Positions 11,495 through 25,111 of a stretch of 64,000 bases of DNA are shown here, in pieces. Where the stretch lies: assembly GCA_965112735.1 (NCBI GenBank), contig OZ218958.1, positions 1,054,001 through 1,118,000 of the forward strand, written 5' to 3'. The notes below the pieces were generated by a model. It worked only from the letters and a program-made list of their open reading frames with translations. It searched no databases and was not told the DNA's origin. The position numbers were made by a program, and so were the translations under genes. This DNA is from Phaeosaccion multiseriatum. Its lineage: Eukaryota; Protista; Ochrophyta, other classes. Numbering within the stretch: position 1 is the first letter of the stretch; the number at the start of each line of letters is the position of its first letter.

Positions 11495-14400
11495 AGCGGG
11501 AGGGAGGGAGGGAGGGAGGGAGAGAGAGAGAGGGAGGGAGGGAGGGGGAGACAGAGAGAACGAGAGACAGGGAGGGAGAGAGAGGATAGAGGTTGAAACG
11601 TCAAAGTATGGTTCCTCACCCATCCACCCACCCCACTCACCCACGCACCCACCCATCCTCGTACCCATTGACAGAATACCCACCCACCCATTGACATACT
11701 ACACCCATCCATTGACATACTACACCCATCCATTGACATACTACACCCACCCACCCATTGACATACCTTGGCTGGGAAGCCTGCCTCCTGAATGCCCTCT
11801 GTGGACAAGACCTCCATGAGCTTCTTCATGACTTGATCGCGCTGAGACATCACCTCCAGCACGGCCTTCAATTGTGTAACGTTCAGGGGGAAGTCTCTGT
11901 TGGGGGAGGGGAGGAGGGGAGGAGGGGAGGAGGGGGGAGGGAGGGAGGAGAGAGGAGGGGGGGGGGAGGGGAGGGGAGGAGAGACCTACCGCAGGTGAGA
12001 ACAGAAAGTGCGTCTCGTCTGGGAACATCAACAAATAAGCACGCACGCACGCACACACGCACGCACGCACGCACACACGCACACACGCACCTCGTCATCC
12101 ACATGTCCGTCTTCATTCTCTTCTCATAATTCCGCGTCTTCTTTTCGCTCGGCGCCGCTGAAGACTCGGCCTCCTGCTGCCTCTCCCTCTCCTTCTCCTT
12201 CTTGCTAGCCCCACCAAACCCCCCAAGAAAGCTAAACCCGCTGGAGGATGTGGAGCTGTGTTGCTTCACGGCGGATTTTGCCGACTCCAGACCATTGGCA
12301 ATGGCCTTGTCCAGCAATCTCTGGGCGGGTGGGACAGGCCGGCGGGGAGGGGAGGGAGGGAGGGAGGAAGAAAGGGAGGGAGGGAGAAAGGGAGGGAGGG
12401 AGGGAGGGAGGGAGGGAGGGAGAGAGGGAGGGAGGGAGGGAGAGGAGAGGAGAGGTGTGAGGCAGGAAAGGAACGGAATGACAACCAAACTTTCCTCTTG
12501 TCATTCCTCTCCCTCACACGCCCTTCCCCTCGCCCTTCCCGACGGGTCGTAAAAGTAGTCACACACACCCCTCCCCTTCCCTCCTTTGTCTCCTCTCATC
12601 ATTCCCTCGCTCCCACCTCCCTCCCTCCCTATCTCTCTCCCTCCATCCATCCTCCCTTCATCCATCCTCCCTCCATCCATCCTCCCTCCTCCCTCTCTCC
12701 CTTTCTCCCTCCCCCTCCTCTCACCATTCCCTTTTGAAACATCAAAAACTAGTCGTCAAAGGGAATAGTCACACACACACACACCTCCCCATCCGCTGCC
12801 ATCCACTGCCATCCCCTGCCATCCCCTGACTCACCAGTCCCTTGGAGTCATCAAAGTAGTCCTCAAAGGAGAGCTCTTTCAAGATGTCGTGCTCCATAGG
12901 GCTCTTGCGAAACTCTTCGAACGTTACATCTCCGGTTATGTCGTACCGCTTGCACTGAGATAGGAGGAGAGAGGGGCACGGTTTCAAGTTTGGAAGCATG
13001 TATGGTACAGTTTCAGTTTTGGAAGTATGTATGGTACAGCATAACGAGAGAGGGGTTCAATTTCGGTTTAGTAGAAACTACACAGGGTTAGTTTAGGAGT
13101 AAGTACACCCTAACCCTGCCAATCAAGACGACAAAGGACACACAGGAAGGAAGGAAGGAAGGAAGGAAGGAAGGAAGGAAGGAAGGGAGGGAGGGAGGAA
13201 GGAACGACGAACGAAGGACGGAAACCAGAGAATGTGGTGGGAAAGAAGGAAAGAAAGAAGGAAGGAAGGAAGGAAGGAAGGAAGGAAGGAAGGAAGGAAG
13301 GAAGGAAGAAAGGAAGAAAGGAAATAGAGAATAAAGGAAGGAAAGCAGGAAGGAATCTGTGTAACGTCTGTAACGTCTGTAACGCCTCACCTTCCATGCC
13401 GGAGGAGAGGCGGCGGCAGCGGCGTTTGAAGAAGCCACAGCCGCCATAGCAGAGGCAGCAGCCACAGCAGCAGGCCCCATACGACCAACACGACCAGGTC
13501 CCTCGTTGGGTCCCTCGTTGGGTCCCTCGTTGGGTCCCTCGTTGGGGCCGCTGACGCTCTGGGGGGAGGGAGAGTAATGGCTGCTGCTACCACCACTGGT
13601 GCTGGTGTTGTTGAAATCGGTGCCATTTGTGAGTGGGGCACTTTTCTGTCGCTGATGACAAGTGGAGGGAGACGCCGTTGAACGAGGTGATACGCCCGTG
13701 GGACGACGAGGAGGACGCAGCGACGACGACAACCCGGCTGCTGTATCACCAACTGCCCCCCCTGCTCGTGCTCCTCCTGCTCCTCCTCCTCCTCCTCCTC
13801 CTCGTCGGGGCGAGAGCGAGAACATCTTCTTGAGACCCGATCGTACATGCACCGGAGAGCCGCTGTTGAAGAAGTGCGACGAACCACCCTTTGAGTCCTT
13901 AGCGACGCGGCTTTCGTCTGGGGTCTTGCTGAAGCTGGTGCTACTGCTTAGCGGCGTTTGTCCTCCTCCTCCTCCTCCTCCTCCTCCTGCCCCTCCTCCT
14001 GCCCCTCCTCCTCCTCCTCCTCGATGCGCGAACATGCTTGAAAATGAGAAGTCCTTCTTATCCCTCTTGTCACCACCGACCCCCCCACCCTCCTCTTCCC
14101 CCTCCTCCGCCCCCTTGTCCCCCCCCCCCTTGCCGCTGTGGTGCCTCTCTCGGTGTAACGTGCGGTCAATAAGCACATCTCCCTCCTTGTGCTTGCCCCT
14201 CCGGTCTAACGTCGGACTGAAGTCCAGCTCGGTAGACCGCCAGTTGTAGTTGTTCACTCCCTTGCCCTTCTTCCCCTAGTGTATTCGTATCAAAATACGT
14301 GTAATAATTACGTATCCATATGTGTAATCGTTACGTACCATCATATGCACATAGCAAAACCAGGACGCGGAGGCACGAGAGAGAACAACATGGACGACGG

Positions 14401-14748
14401 CAGCCCAGGAGCCGGTCAGTTTCGGTTTCGGTTTCGGTTTCAGTTTCAGTTTCAGGTTCAGTTTCAGTGTATTGGCCTCGACTCATTGACATACTACGCA
14501 CACCCACCCATTGACATACTACGCACACCCACCCATTTACATTACCTCCTTGATGAGCCGTCTACACGCTCTCACAAGCTCCCCTCTGGAGGGCGCTTCG
14601 AGCCTCCTCAACACACGATAGATCTTCTTCTTGTCGTGGTCAAGCTTGAGTAAGCTGCCGGGGAGCACCCCTCCGGCGCTGTCCTTGCCCGTCAGGAGGA
14701 GGGATATTGCCCCTCGCTGGGCCTTGAGACGCTGTTGTGTGTGTGTGT

Positions 14749-14791
<43 letters not shown>

Positions 14792-17700
14792 GTGTGTGTG
14801 TGTGTGAGTGTGAGTGAGAGAGCATGAGTGAAGGAGAGGGCGTGTCAGTGGGTGAGTGAGTGAGTGAGTGAGTGAGTGGGTGAGTGAGTGAGTGCGTGAG
14901 TGAGTGCGTGTGTGTGTGCATGAATGAATGAGTGAGTGCGTGTGTGTGCGTGCGTGAATGAGTCAGTGAGTGCTCTCTCCCTCCCCCCCCCCCCCCCAAA
15001 TCCCCCTCCCACTCCTCACCCTCGAAAACCCCGTAATGGAGCAATCCACTCTGAGCGACGACCCACTCTTCCAGATGCAGTAGCAGTCACTCGGTGCCAT
15101 GGCCTTGACGAGCGGCTGTAGCACATTGCCCGCATCAAAGCTCCAGTTCATCTCCATGTAAAAGTCAGGCATATCTTCAAGTATGTCAAGCACATGGGTC
15201 ACCCTCTTCTGCCAGTCTCGCCAGCCCTTTCGCTGCAACCGAGCGTACAGCTCTGTGGGGTGTGTGTGGGTTGTGGGTGGGGGGGGTGTAGTGTGGTTGG
15301 TTGGTTGGTTGGTTGGTTGATTGGTTGGTTGGTTGGTTGGTTAGTTGATTGGTTGGTTGGTTGCGTGTGTGTGGGTTGTGGGTGGGGGGGGTGTAGTGTG
15401 GTTGGTTGGTTGGTTGGTTGATTGGTTGGTTGGTTGGTTGGTTGGTTGATTGGTTGGTTGGTTGCGTGTGTGTGGGTTGTGGGTGGGGGGGGTGTAGTGT
15501 GGTTGGTTGGTTGGTTGGTTGATTGGTTGGTTGGTTGGTGGGTGGGTGGGTGGGCAGCTGGGTGAGTTGGTTGGTTGGTTGGTTGGTTGGTTGGGGTCTG
15601 CACACGCGTATACACACCATGGTTTGCCCACGTACACACACATATATACATAACGTACATGTAAGCACACAACACACACGCACACACACACACACACACA
15701 CGCACGCACACACACACGTACACACACATATACACACACACCCACACACACACGCACACACACACGTACACACACACATATACATAACGTACATGTAAGC
15801 ACACAACACACACACGCACGTACACACACACGTACCCGTGAGGAAGCCCTCGTCCCCCGTAAGAATGGCGTCGTCGAGCACCTTGAACCGTCCGCTGCCA
15901 TCCCCCGCCTCCCTACTGGGGGCCTCCAAATCACTCCCACCCACCATGAGGATTCGCGCCGCCTTGATGTTGCCCCGCTTGATCGCCTACGGGGAGGGAG
16001 GGAGGGAGGAGAGGGAGGGAGGGAGGGAGGGAGGGAGGGAGGGAGGAGAGGGAGGGAGGGAGGGAGGAAGAGGGAGGGAGGGAGGGGAGATGAGTACATC
16101 ACAAGCGTCACAAGCCAAAGGAGACAGGGGATAGGTAGTTAGGCACGTAGGTAGGGTTGATAGGTAGGCAGGTCAGTAGGTAAGTAAGAAGGAAGGAAGG
16201 GAGGAAGGGTCGGTAGGTAGGTAGGTGGGTAGGTAGGTAGGTGGGTAGGTAGGTAGGTGGGAAGGTAGGTAGGCAGGTAGGTAGGCAGGTAGGCGGGAAG
16301 GTAGGTAGGTGGGGACATCGCAAGCCGGATCTAGTGATATTCGGTGACTTACCAGGAGCAGTGGGGTGTTTCCGTGGTGGTCCACAACAAAAACATTCGT
16401 CGGACAGGCCGCGATTCTGAGCCTCAGCTCCTTGAGCAACCCTGCTTCATCATTCGAGGCCACATAGGCTATTCGGTGCAGCTCCAGAGGGTCGATGAAG
16501 GCATCGGAGGAGGAGGGGGTGGCGGCGACATCATCTTCGTTCCTCCTCCTGCTGCTACCACTACTACTGCTGCTGCCGCTGCTGCTGCCGCTGCTGCTGC
16601 CGCTGCTGAGGCTGCTGCTGCTGCTACTATTATTCATGTTCTTTGCTGCTGATGTCGGCCCCGCCGAAGCGCCCGCCGCGGGTGTTGCGGCACCTCCACC
16701 GCCACTGCTCTTTCCCTCCCCCTCGGTGCTGTTCCCTGCTCCTCGCTCTCGCACTAACTTAGACTTGGTGCCCGCTTTCGTCTGTCGGCGCCTCTCCTTT
16801 TCCCCTTCCATAGAGGCGGGACGGGGCCTCAGGCCTTCGCTACCATCAGCACTGCCATTCGCACCACCACCATCACCACCACCACCACCACCACCACCAC
16901 CACTAGCAGCGGCAGGAGATCCCTCCTCACCCCACGATGTTTCGGCCTCCTCAAAACCCGCCCCCGCGTTCAACTCCCTCATTGATCGGGGGGCACACAG
17001 TGGGCGAACGGAAGGTGAAGTCCCTCCTCCGCCCCCCCTCCCGACCGTCTCAGGACCGGCGCCGACTGAGATGTCTGAGGGAGTGAGAGAGGCTCGAGAG
17101 GGGTCAGGGGGGGGCCCAGGGGTGGAGGTTGGGCTAAGCTCATCCACAATACTTCGAGAGTTGGAACCTGCCGCTGCGAGGGGGGGGGGGGGTCGCGTCT
17201 CCTCCCCACCATGTCCGTCCGCTCCCTCCTCCTCCTCCCCCTGCTGCTGCTCCCCCTGCTGCTGCTGCTGTCGCCGCTGCTGTTCCTCCTCCACCAGCTG
17301 CTCCTGCTCCTCTTGTCGTAATGACTTGCGCCCCCCCAGGCTCAGAAGGTCCCCTACGGAGGGCTCTGGCGAGAAGTAGCTCCTCGTGTCAATGGAGAAG
17401 TCACTTTCGTCGTCCGAATCCCCTGTTATCAGCGTCTGGCAAAGGAGGGGGGAGGGGGGGAGGAGAGCAGAGGAGAGGAGGGGGAGAGGAGAGCAGAGGA
17501 GAGGAGAGGAGGGGGAGAGGAGAGCAGAGGAAAGGAGGGGGGAGGGGGGGAGGAGAGGAGAGGAGAGGAGAGGAGAAGGGAGGAGAGGAGAAGGGAGGAG
17601 AGGAGAAGGGCAAGAGAGGAGGGGAGAGGAGAGAACAAAGAGGATATAGATGGTCGCAAAGATGGACGGTTACAACGATGGACGGTTACTCCAATCAATG

Positions 17701-20046
17701 TGTTGGGAGTGGGTGCCACAATGCGTCCAATGCAACACATTTCAAGCAAGCATGGGTCATTGTGTGTGTGCGTGTGTGTGTGTGTATGTGTGTGTGTGTG
17801 TGCATGGACAAGAAGAAAGAGGGTGGGGGCGGCGGTATTGGGTTCGTATGAAGCAACGGAGGTGAGCCTCATACTTGTTTTGCACATCAAAAGCGGCACT
17901 TCCACAACAGCCCAACAACAGCAGCACTTCCACATCACCCACTACCCCTAATCCTAGCCCCCGCCCATTTACCCTTGCTTACACAATAGCCCCTCTCTCT
18001 ACTCACTCCCTCCCCTCCCTCCCTCCCTCCCCCTCCCTCCCTCCCTCCCCCTCCCTCCCTCCCTCACTCCCTCACTCCCTCCCTCCTTCCTCCCTCCTTC
18101 ACTCCCTCCCTCCCCTCCTCTCCCTCCTCTCCCTCCCTCCCTCTCTCCCCTTCTCTCTCTCCCTCCCCTCCTCTCCTCTCCCTCTCCACTTCAACCCCAA
18201 CTTACCCGTTCTTGGATTTTCTCCCACATCCTCTGCACTTCTAGTGCTACAGTGTGGTTGCTTGCAGTATACGCATCAGCACCAGCACCAGCCGTATAAG
18301 CCGCAGCAGTAGCAGTAGCCGCAGCAGCAGTTGGTGATACAGCAGTAGCAGCAGCATTGGAATCAGTGGCAGCAGTAGCAGCAGCAGAAGGAGTAGGAGG
18401 AGCGGCAGCAGCCGCAGCAGCAGAAGCAGCAGCAGCAACAGCAGCAGGGGTGGGGGCAGTAGGTGTGGCAGCCTTCGAATTCGTTGGCGAGCTGCCTGTC
18501 CACTCCTTTGCTCGCTGCATCGCTGCTGCTGCCCTAGGTGAGATTGCGTCGAAGCTGAAACCCTGTGTGAGAGGCGAAGAGGAAGGTAAGCAGGAGCAGT
18601 TGGTGATACAGCAGTAGCCGTTGGTGATAGAGCAGCAGAGGGGGAGGGGCAGCAGCAGCAGTGAGGAAAGAATGAGAAGGAAATGGAAAGGAGGGAGGGG
18701 AGGAAGTGATACCCCATGTCACTCGACACGAAAAGGGTACACCTCCTCCCTCAAGAGGACTGAAAGTGACCGAAAAGACAAGGACATCGCAGTCACTCAG
18801 TCTCTCACTCACTCACTTACGTACTCACTCACTCACTCACTCACTCACTCACTCACGCACTCACTCACTAACTCACTAACTCACTCACACAATCACACTC
18901 ACTCACTCACTCACTTAGTCATTCAGTCAGTCATTCCCTCCCTCCCTCCCTCATCCACCCACCCACTCGCCCACTCACTCCCTTATTTCTCCCCATATTC
19001 ACCCCCTCCCCAGCCCCCCCCCCCCCTCTCTCTCTCCCTCCCTCCCTCTCTCCCCTTCTCCCTCCCTCCCTCCCTCCCTCCCTCTCTCCCCCTCCCTCCC
19101 TCCCTCCCCCCCTTTCTCTCTCTCCCTCCCTCTCTCCCTCTCTCTCTCTCTGCTGCCTCACCATGAGCTTCTCCATCTTCTGCAGCAGCATCTCCGCATC
19201 GTCCATCCTCACCACGGAATCCGATCGGTCGGGTCTCTCCTCCTCTCCTCCTCCCCCGCTCTCCTCTTGTGCCTCTCCCTCTCCCTCTGCCTCTGCCCCC
19301 GTCCCTGTATCACCAACTACTGCGCCTGCCTCTGGTAGGGCCAGACCACTGGGGCTGACAAGATCGACACCGCCTTCACGGCTGCTGCCACTCACAGCAC
19401 TACTCACAGCGCTTGAAGCTTCCCCCTCGACACCCCGTAACGGCTGAAACGGCTGTAACGGCTGTAACGGCAACGACGAAGGCAACGTCAATGGCACGGC
19501 TGGGCTGCGACTCGCCTCTCTCATCGCCAGCTCGTCAACCATCCTACCGCCAGTCCTGTGCCTCTGCCTGCTGCTGTTGCTGTTACTGTTGCTGTTGCTG
19601 TTGCTGCCCCCCACGGAAGGAGCTTCGGTGGCAGCAGCAGCATCGGCGGCGGAAGGAGTGGCGGGTGTCCCCACCCTCCCCACCCCTCCCTTGGGACTCC
19701 GCTGCGCACCCATCAACTCCATTTCCAGCTCCAAATCATCATATGTCCACGCCGCTGCTCGCCCTGAGACACTTCGCCTCTTGCCCCTTCTGCCTATGCT
19801 CCCTCCGGTACTGGCAAGGCCACTACCACTCCCCGCTGTATAGTCCGCACCCCGTAGGGAAGGCCCACACCCCGTAACTGTCACCGGTGCGCTTCTGCTC
19901 ACCCATATTCCTCCACTGTCTCCCTCCTTCTCCCGACCGCCGTGGAAGCCCATACATGCATCCCAGGGGGGTCCCATCTCCACCTTTACACCCATGGGGG
20001 TATTCTTCTCCTCCTCCTTCCTCTCCTCCTCGCCATCATGATCATG

Positions 20047-20090
<44 letters not shown>

Positions 20091-21464
20091 GCTGCTGCTC
20101 CTTACTGTGCAGCTGCCCTAGTAGATTTGTCTGGCTAATGTTGCCACTTCCTGTGTATCTCGGAGAGTCGAGAGCCTGCCGCCCCACGAACGAAAAGACG
20201 ACCGCAGAGGAAGAGAGAGGGGGGGGGGGGGAGGGGCAGGAGAAGGAGGTACGAAGGAAGTCAGAAGCAAGAACCAAGTGCAACGAGCACTATGGGAAAG
20301 CATCTGGAGACAGCAACGGAGAAGTTAAAGACAAGGGCGTCAGTGTCAGTACAGTCGTCCTGGCGCGTCCTCACAGCGGGTTACAAGAGCACCTCCCACA
20401 ATATGCCTCGGGAGCTAACAACAAACAATCCGAGAGCCAAGCCACCCTCTACAATATGCCTCGGGAGCCAACAAACAATCCGAGAGCCAAGCCACCCTCT
20501 ACAATATGCCTCGGGCGCCAACAAACAATCCGAGAGCCAAGCCACCCTCTGTATGCCTCCGTGCCCCCCCCCCCCCCCCTCCCTTCATCCGTTCCACTTT
20601 CTCCCGATCGATTGATCAATCACCCCTTATATATATGTCCCTCTCTGCTCTCTCTCTGCTCTCTCTCTGCTCTCTCTCTCTCCTCACATTCTTTGAGGAG
20701 ATGTTCTCTCTCTGGGGACTCCACAGCGTGGGTCCCGAGCGGCTGCGCTGCTGTGCTCCCCCACCCCCGCCGGTGGTTGGGGTGTTGCTGGTAAGGTTGG
20801 GTTCCCCGCCCTTGCGACTCCGCCTCCCAAGCGAAGCACCCAATGCCTTGGACAGTGCACCCGAGCCTACTCGCGAGGCAGCAGCAGCACCAACAGCGCC
20901 ATCGCCCTTCCCTCCCCTCCCCTCTGGCCAGTGCGATGAGGCAGAAAGTCGTCGAGGAGTCCATACCCGTCCGCTGCCAGTACTGCCAGTGGTGCCTCTG
21001 CTGCCACTGCTGGCCTTGTTGGAACGTCTGTGGTGAGCAAGAGAGAGAAAGCGGCCTTTCACCCCTCCTTTCCCCCCAGCGCCTGCCCCTCTTGCTCCTG
21101 CTCCGGATGATAGTGTTGGTGCTGCTGCTATCGGTGCTACCCCTGCTGCTACACGTGCTGCTCCTGCCAGTGCTTTGGGAGAAGAGGAGGACACGTCTTT
21201 GTTGGTGTCTCTCTGCTGGTGCCTCGCCAGCATCCACGCCAGATGCTCTTCCCAGCTTTGGTCTTCCTCAGGCGACGGCTCTCTCGATCTTCCGTTGCCA
21301 CTACCGCCCCCGCCTTGCCTGGCCCTGGCTGAAGGGGAGTTGTAGGGGCTCACGGCTTCAATGTCCAGCCGGGCTGGCTGCGACATGCCATCGCCATCAC
21401 TTTCCACAGCATCGTCTACGAGGGCAGGTGCCGCGCTACTCCGAGGGCCACCGTTTGTCGACAT
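11027..21464 (-). CDS. ANKRD13-like protein (ankyrin repeats + GPCR-chaperone/DUF3424 domain) with a very long low-complexity N-terminal extension, about 12 exons
   Basis: VVDHHGNTPLLL|AIKRGNIKAARILM (ankyrin). LEDMPDFYMEMNWSFDAGNVLQPLVKAMAPSDCYCIWKSGSSLRVDCSITGF, QRGNISLL, WMTR|DFPL..QL..VLEV, GFPAK|VSLPL and LFDIPPGY are ANKRD13 hallmarks. Upstream exons 20688-21464, 19162-20175, 18206-18562 and 16353-17434 splice in frame; start codon uncertain. Confidence 0.8.
20398..20556. repeat. Intronic minisatellite, 50-bp unit x about 3
   Basis: ACAATATGCCTCGGGAGCCAACAAACAATCCGAGAGCCAAGCCACCCTCT at 20451 and 20501, plus a variant at 20398. Confidence 0.95.
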
Positions 21465-21959
21465 TTGCTGCTGCTTCTCTGAAGGCAACACTACTCACGG
21501 TGAGAGACACCAAGTCTAGACGAGGGAGGAGGCCCCAGACCTCATCAGGCTTGACGCGCCAGGAGACTCCAGCGGCTCCACAAACGGCCTCCCCGAATGA
21601 GAGACTGTAGGCCCCTCCTTGCTTGTCGTGCTGCTCCTTCTGCTCGCTCCCGCGCTGTCCCTCCTCGCTTAACACGGCATTCTCGCGGCCCTGACGATCA
21701 ACCGCCAGCAATCCCAAAGAGCACGAATCCCAACCTTCTGCGAGTTCTCTCGAGTTCACATCAGGTGAGAGGTCTGTCTTAATTGTCGCTAAGGGCGGCA
21801 CGGACGGCTGTCAATGCGTGGCATCGGCTGTTTGAGCTCATTTCTAAGGCATTTTTGCAAAAGCACTTCGCTTTTTTGGGTCCGAGTGAAAACATTCATA
21901 TGTCAATAATAAATCCAGGGGGGGACGGTGAGAGGAATAATTTTGTTGACAGCGCGGGG

Positions 21960-22174
21960 CAACAAGGCCCAACAATCGACCGCTATCCTGTATCTGCTAT
22001 CCGCTATCCCGGCGCCAGCCGGTGCGCTATCCGCTATCGCCGGCGCCAGCCGGCTTTGGGGGGGGGGGGGTTGTGGGGGCGTGCTATCCGCTGTCGCCGG
22101 CGCCAGCCGATCCGCTATCCGCTATCGAGATCGAGAAAGTGGGCGATAGCGTGTCAGGGGTCGACAACAAGGCC
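21960..22174. repeat. Intergenic element with internal GCTATCCGCTATCGCCGGCGCCAGCCG repeats, bounded by 10-bp direct repeats (possible non-autonomous element)
   Basis: CAACAAGGCC at 21960-21969 and 22165-22174; 3-4 internal repeat copies; imperfect inverted ends TCGACCGCTATC / GATAGCG...GGTCGA. Confidence 0.5.
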
Positions 22175-22708
22175 AAAAAAGCATACAGTTGTGTACCTTT
22201 TCACACAACGCCAAGCTGATTTTTTTTTCATTTTCTTCCTTCCCTTTCTTTCTTTCATATGCTCTACTATTCTCTATGATCGTTCTGATCGCACTTCCCC
22301 CGTCCGTCTCCCTCTCCCCCTCCTTCCAGCTCTTGGGCCTGGCCTGGCCTTGGTCTTCTTCTTAACTATTGCTGAAGCTCGCCCCCCTCCTCCCCTCCTC
22401 TCTCTCCAACAATCACTTGTCACCTTGTCGCCCCCCTTTTCTCCTTTGTCCTATTCCCAACAAACAAACAAACCATCCAACCAACCATCCAACCAACAAA
22501 CAAACACTCTCTCGTGTTTACTCGCTCACTTATCCCCTACGCCTTCCTTCCTTCCTTCCTTCCTTCCTTCCTTCCTTCCTCTCCGACCCTGTCCCTACGC
22601 GCACACGATGAGGCGTTCGTCCCTTCCCCTCCCCCCCTCGTGCCGCGGGCGGATACCATGAGTCCATCCCATCACGATAACACTAACCCCACAATTGTCG
22701 TACACGCT

Positions 22709-23198
<490 letters not shown>

Positions 23199-23557
23199 TA
23201 CCACACCACCCAATCATCTGGTATGTATGTGTGTATGTGTGTGTGCTGTCTTTGCTTTGCTGTTGCCTCATTCTCAAATGTCTCTGCTTGGCCTCTCAAT
23301 CTCCCTTCCTTGGCCCCGCTCGTCTGCCCATATGACCCCACCATACCATCGTGCCCATATGATGCCATCTTCTTGCCCTGCCCCCTTCTCGCCATCCCCC
23401 TCCCCCCCACCCTGGCTAGGCTCCAGCTCCCAAGCTCTTCAGCTGTGCCCTTCCTTGCTCCATTCTTCACTCCTCACTCTTCACCCCTCACCCCTCTTCT
23501 TTCCCCCACGTGGCATGCGGCGCCTGCCTTCCTTTCCTCCTTCCCCACAAGAAACTC

Positions 23558-25041
23558 TCAGGCCGCGCCCTCTCTAGAGCAGCTACTGTTACTAATACTC
23601 ATGCTCACAGTGTCCTCCGTGCCCTCCGTGCTGCTGGTGCTGCTGGTGCTGATGCTGCTGCCCCCCCCTCCTCCTTTCCCTTCTACTCCTCCACGACCTT
23701 TTAGAGGAGAAGGCTGCCGCTGGGCGAGCACGTGGGCCTGAACTTTCTTGTGGAACTTTCCCGATGGCGACGACGCCCGTTGCACCATCACCTCAAGGAA
23801 CTGCTTCACCTGTTCAAGGGGCGGGCAGGGGACCGAGGGAGGGGGGGAGGGAAGGAGGGAAGGAGGGCGGGAAGGGAAGTAGGGAGAGGGGGAAGGGGGG
23901 ATGAGTGAGTGAAGAGAAGGCTGGGCCTGGGGAGACAAGGTCGGTGGGTGAGCGAGTGAATCGAAGGCTGGCTTGGAGAGAGGGGAGAGAGGGGAGAGAG
24001 GGGAGGGAGAGGCGAGGGAGGGGAGAGACGAGAGATAGGGGAGAGGGGAGAGAGAAGAGAGGGGAGAGAGGGGAGAGACGAGAGATAGGGGAGAGGGGAG
24101 AGAGAAGAGAGAGGGGAGAGAGGGGAGAGAGGGGAGAGAGGGGAGAGAGGGGAGAGAGAAGAGAGAGGGGAGAGAGGAGTGAGAGGGGAGAGAGGGGAGA
24201 GAGGGGAGAGAGGGGAGAGAGGGGAGAGAGGGGAGAGAGGAGTGAGAGGGGAGAGAGGGGAGAGAGGAGTGAGAGGGGAGAGAGGAGTGAGAGGGGAGAG
24301 AGGGGAGAGAGAGGAGAGAGAGGGGAGAGAGGGGAGAGAGGGGAGAGAGGGGAGAGAGGGGAGAGAGGGGAGAGAGGAGTGAGAGGGGAGAGAGGGGAGA
24401 GAGGGGAGAGGGTGGGTGACACAGAACAGTGCTTGGGCACATGATGTTGTGTGTGTGTGTGTGTATGTGTGTGTGTGTGTGTCCATACCGTACGACGTAC
24501 CTGGGTGGGATCGTCGAGACTAAACTGCGCATATGTGTCATTGGAGAATCTCTCGGGGTCGGACGGACTCACAAGAATACCAATCCCTCTGGTGCACACC
24601 TCTGCGGCTTTCAACGGACTCTGCTGCTGCTGCTGTCCCACCCCACCACACCCCCCGGCTTTCTCCTCCCCGGTCACTGCATTCACTCCTCCTCCTCCTC
24701 CTCCTCCTCCTCCTCCTTCTCCCTCTCCACGCCTTTCTGCTGCTGCTGAATCACCAACTCCTGCTGCTGCCGCTGCCTGGGCTCGAGCCCGCTGAAAGTC
24801 AGGCTCTGCTTTCAGCACTTTGAATGCATCTTCGTCCGTTACATCATCACCCAGGTAGAGAGAAATGACATCTTCTCTCTTGTCCAGACTCAGCGCCTGC
24901 AAGGGTGGGGGTGGTGGTGGCGGTGGTGGCGGTGATGATGGTAGTAGTAGTAGTCATAGTCGTAGTGGTAGTAGTAGAGCAGTAGAAGGAGGAGGAGGAG
25001 TAGTAGGAGTAGTAGGAGTAGCAGGAGTAGTAGTAGTAGTT

Positions 25042-25111
<70 letters not shown>

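Noticed and set aside
21436-21801. Additional upstream coding exon of the ANKRD13-like gene
   Set aside because: It starts at GTG just after an in-frame stop, has no ATG and no recognisable motif; more likely 5' UTR or promoter.
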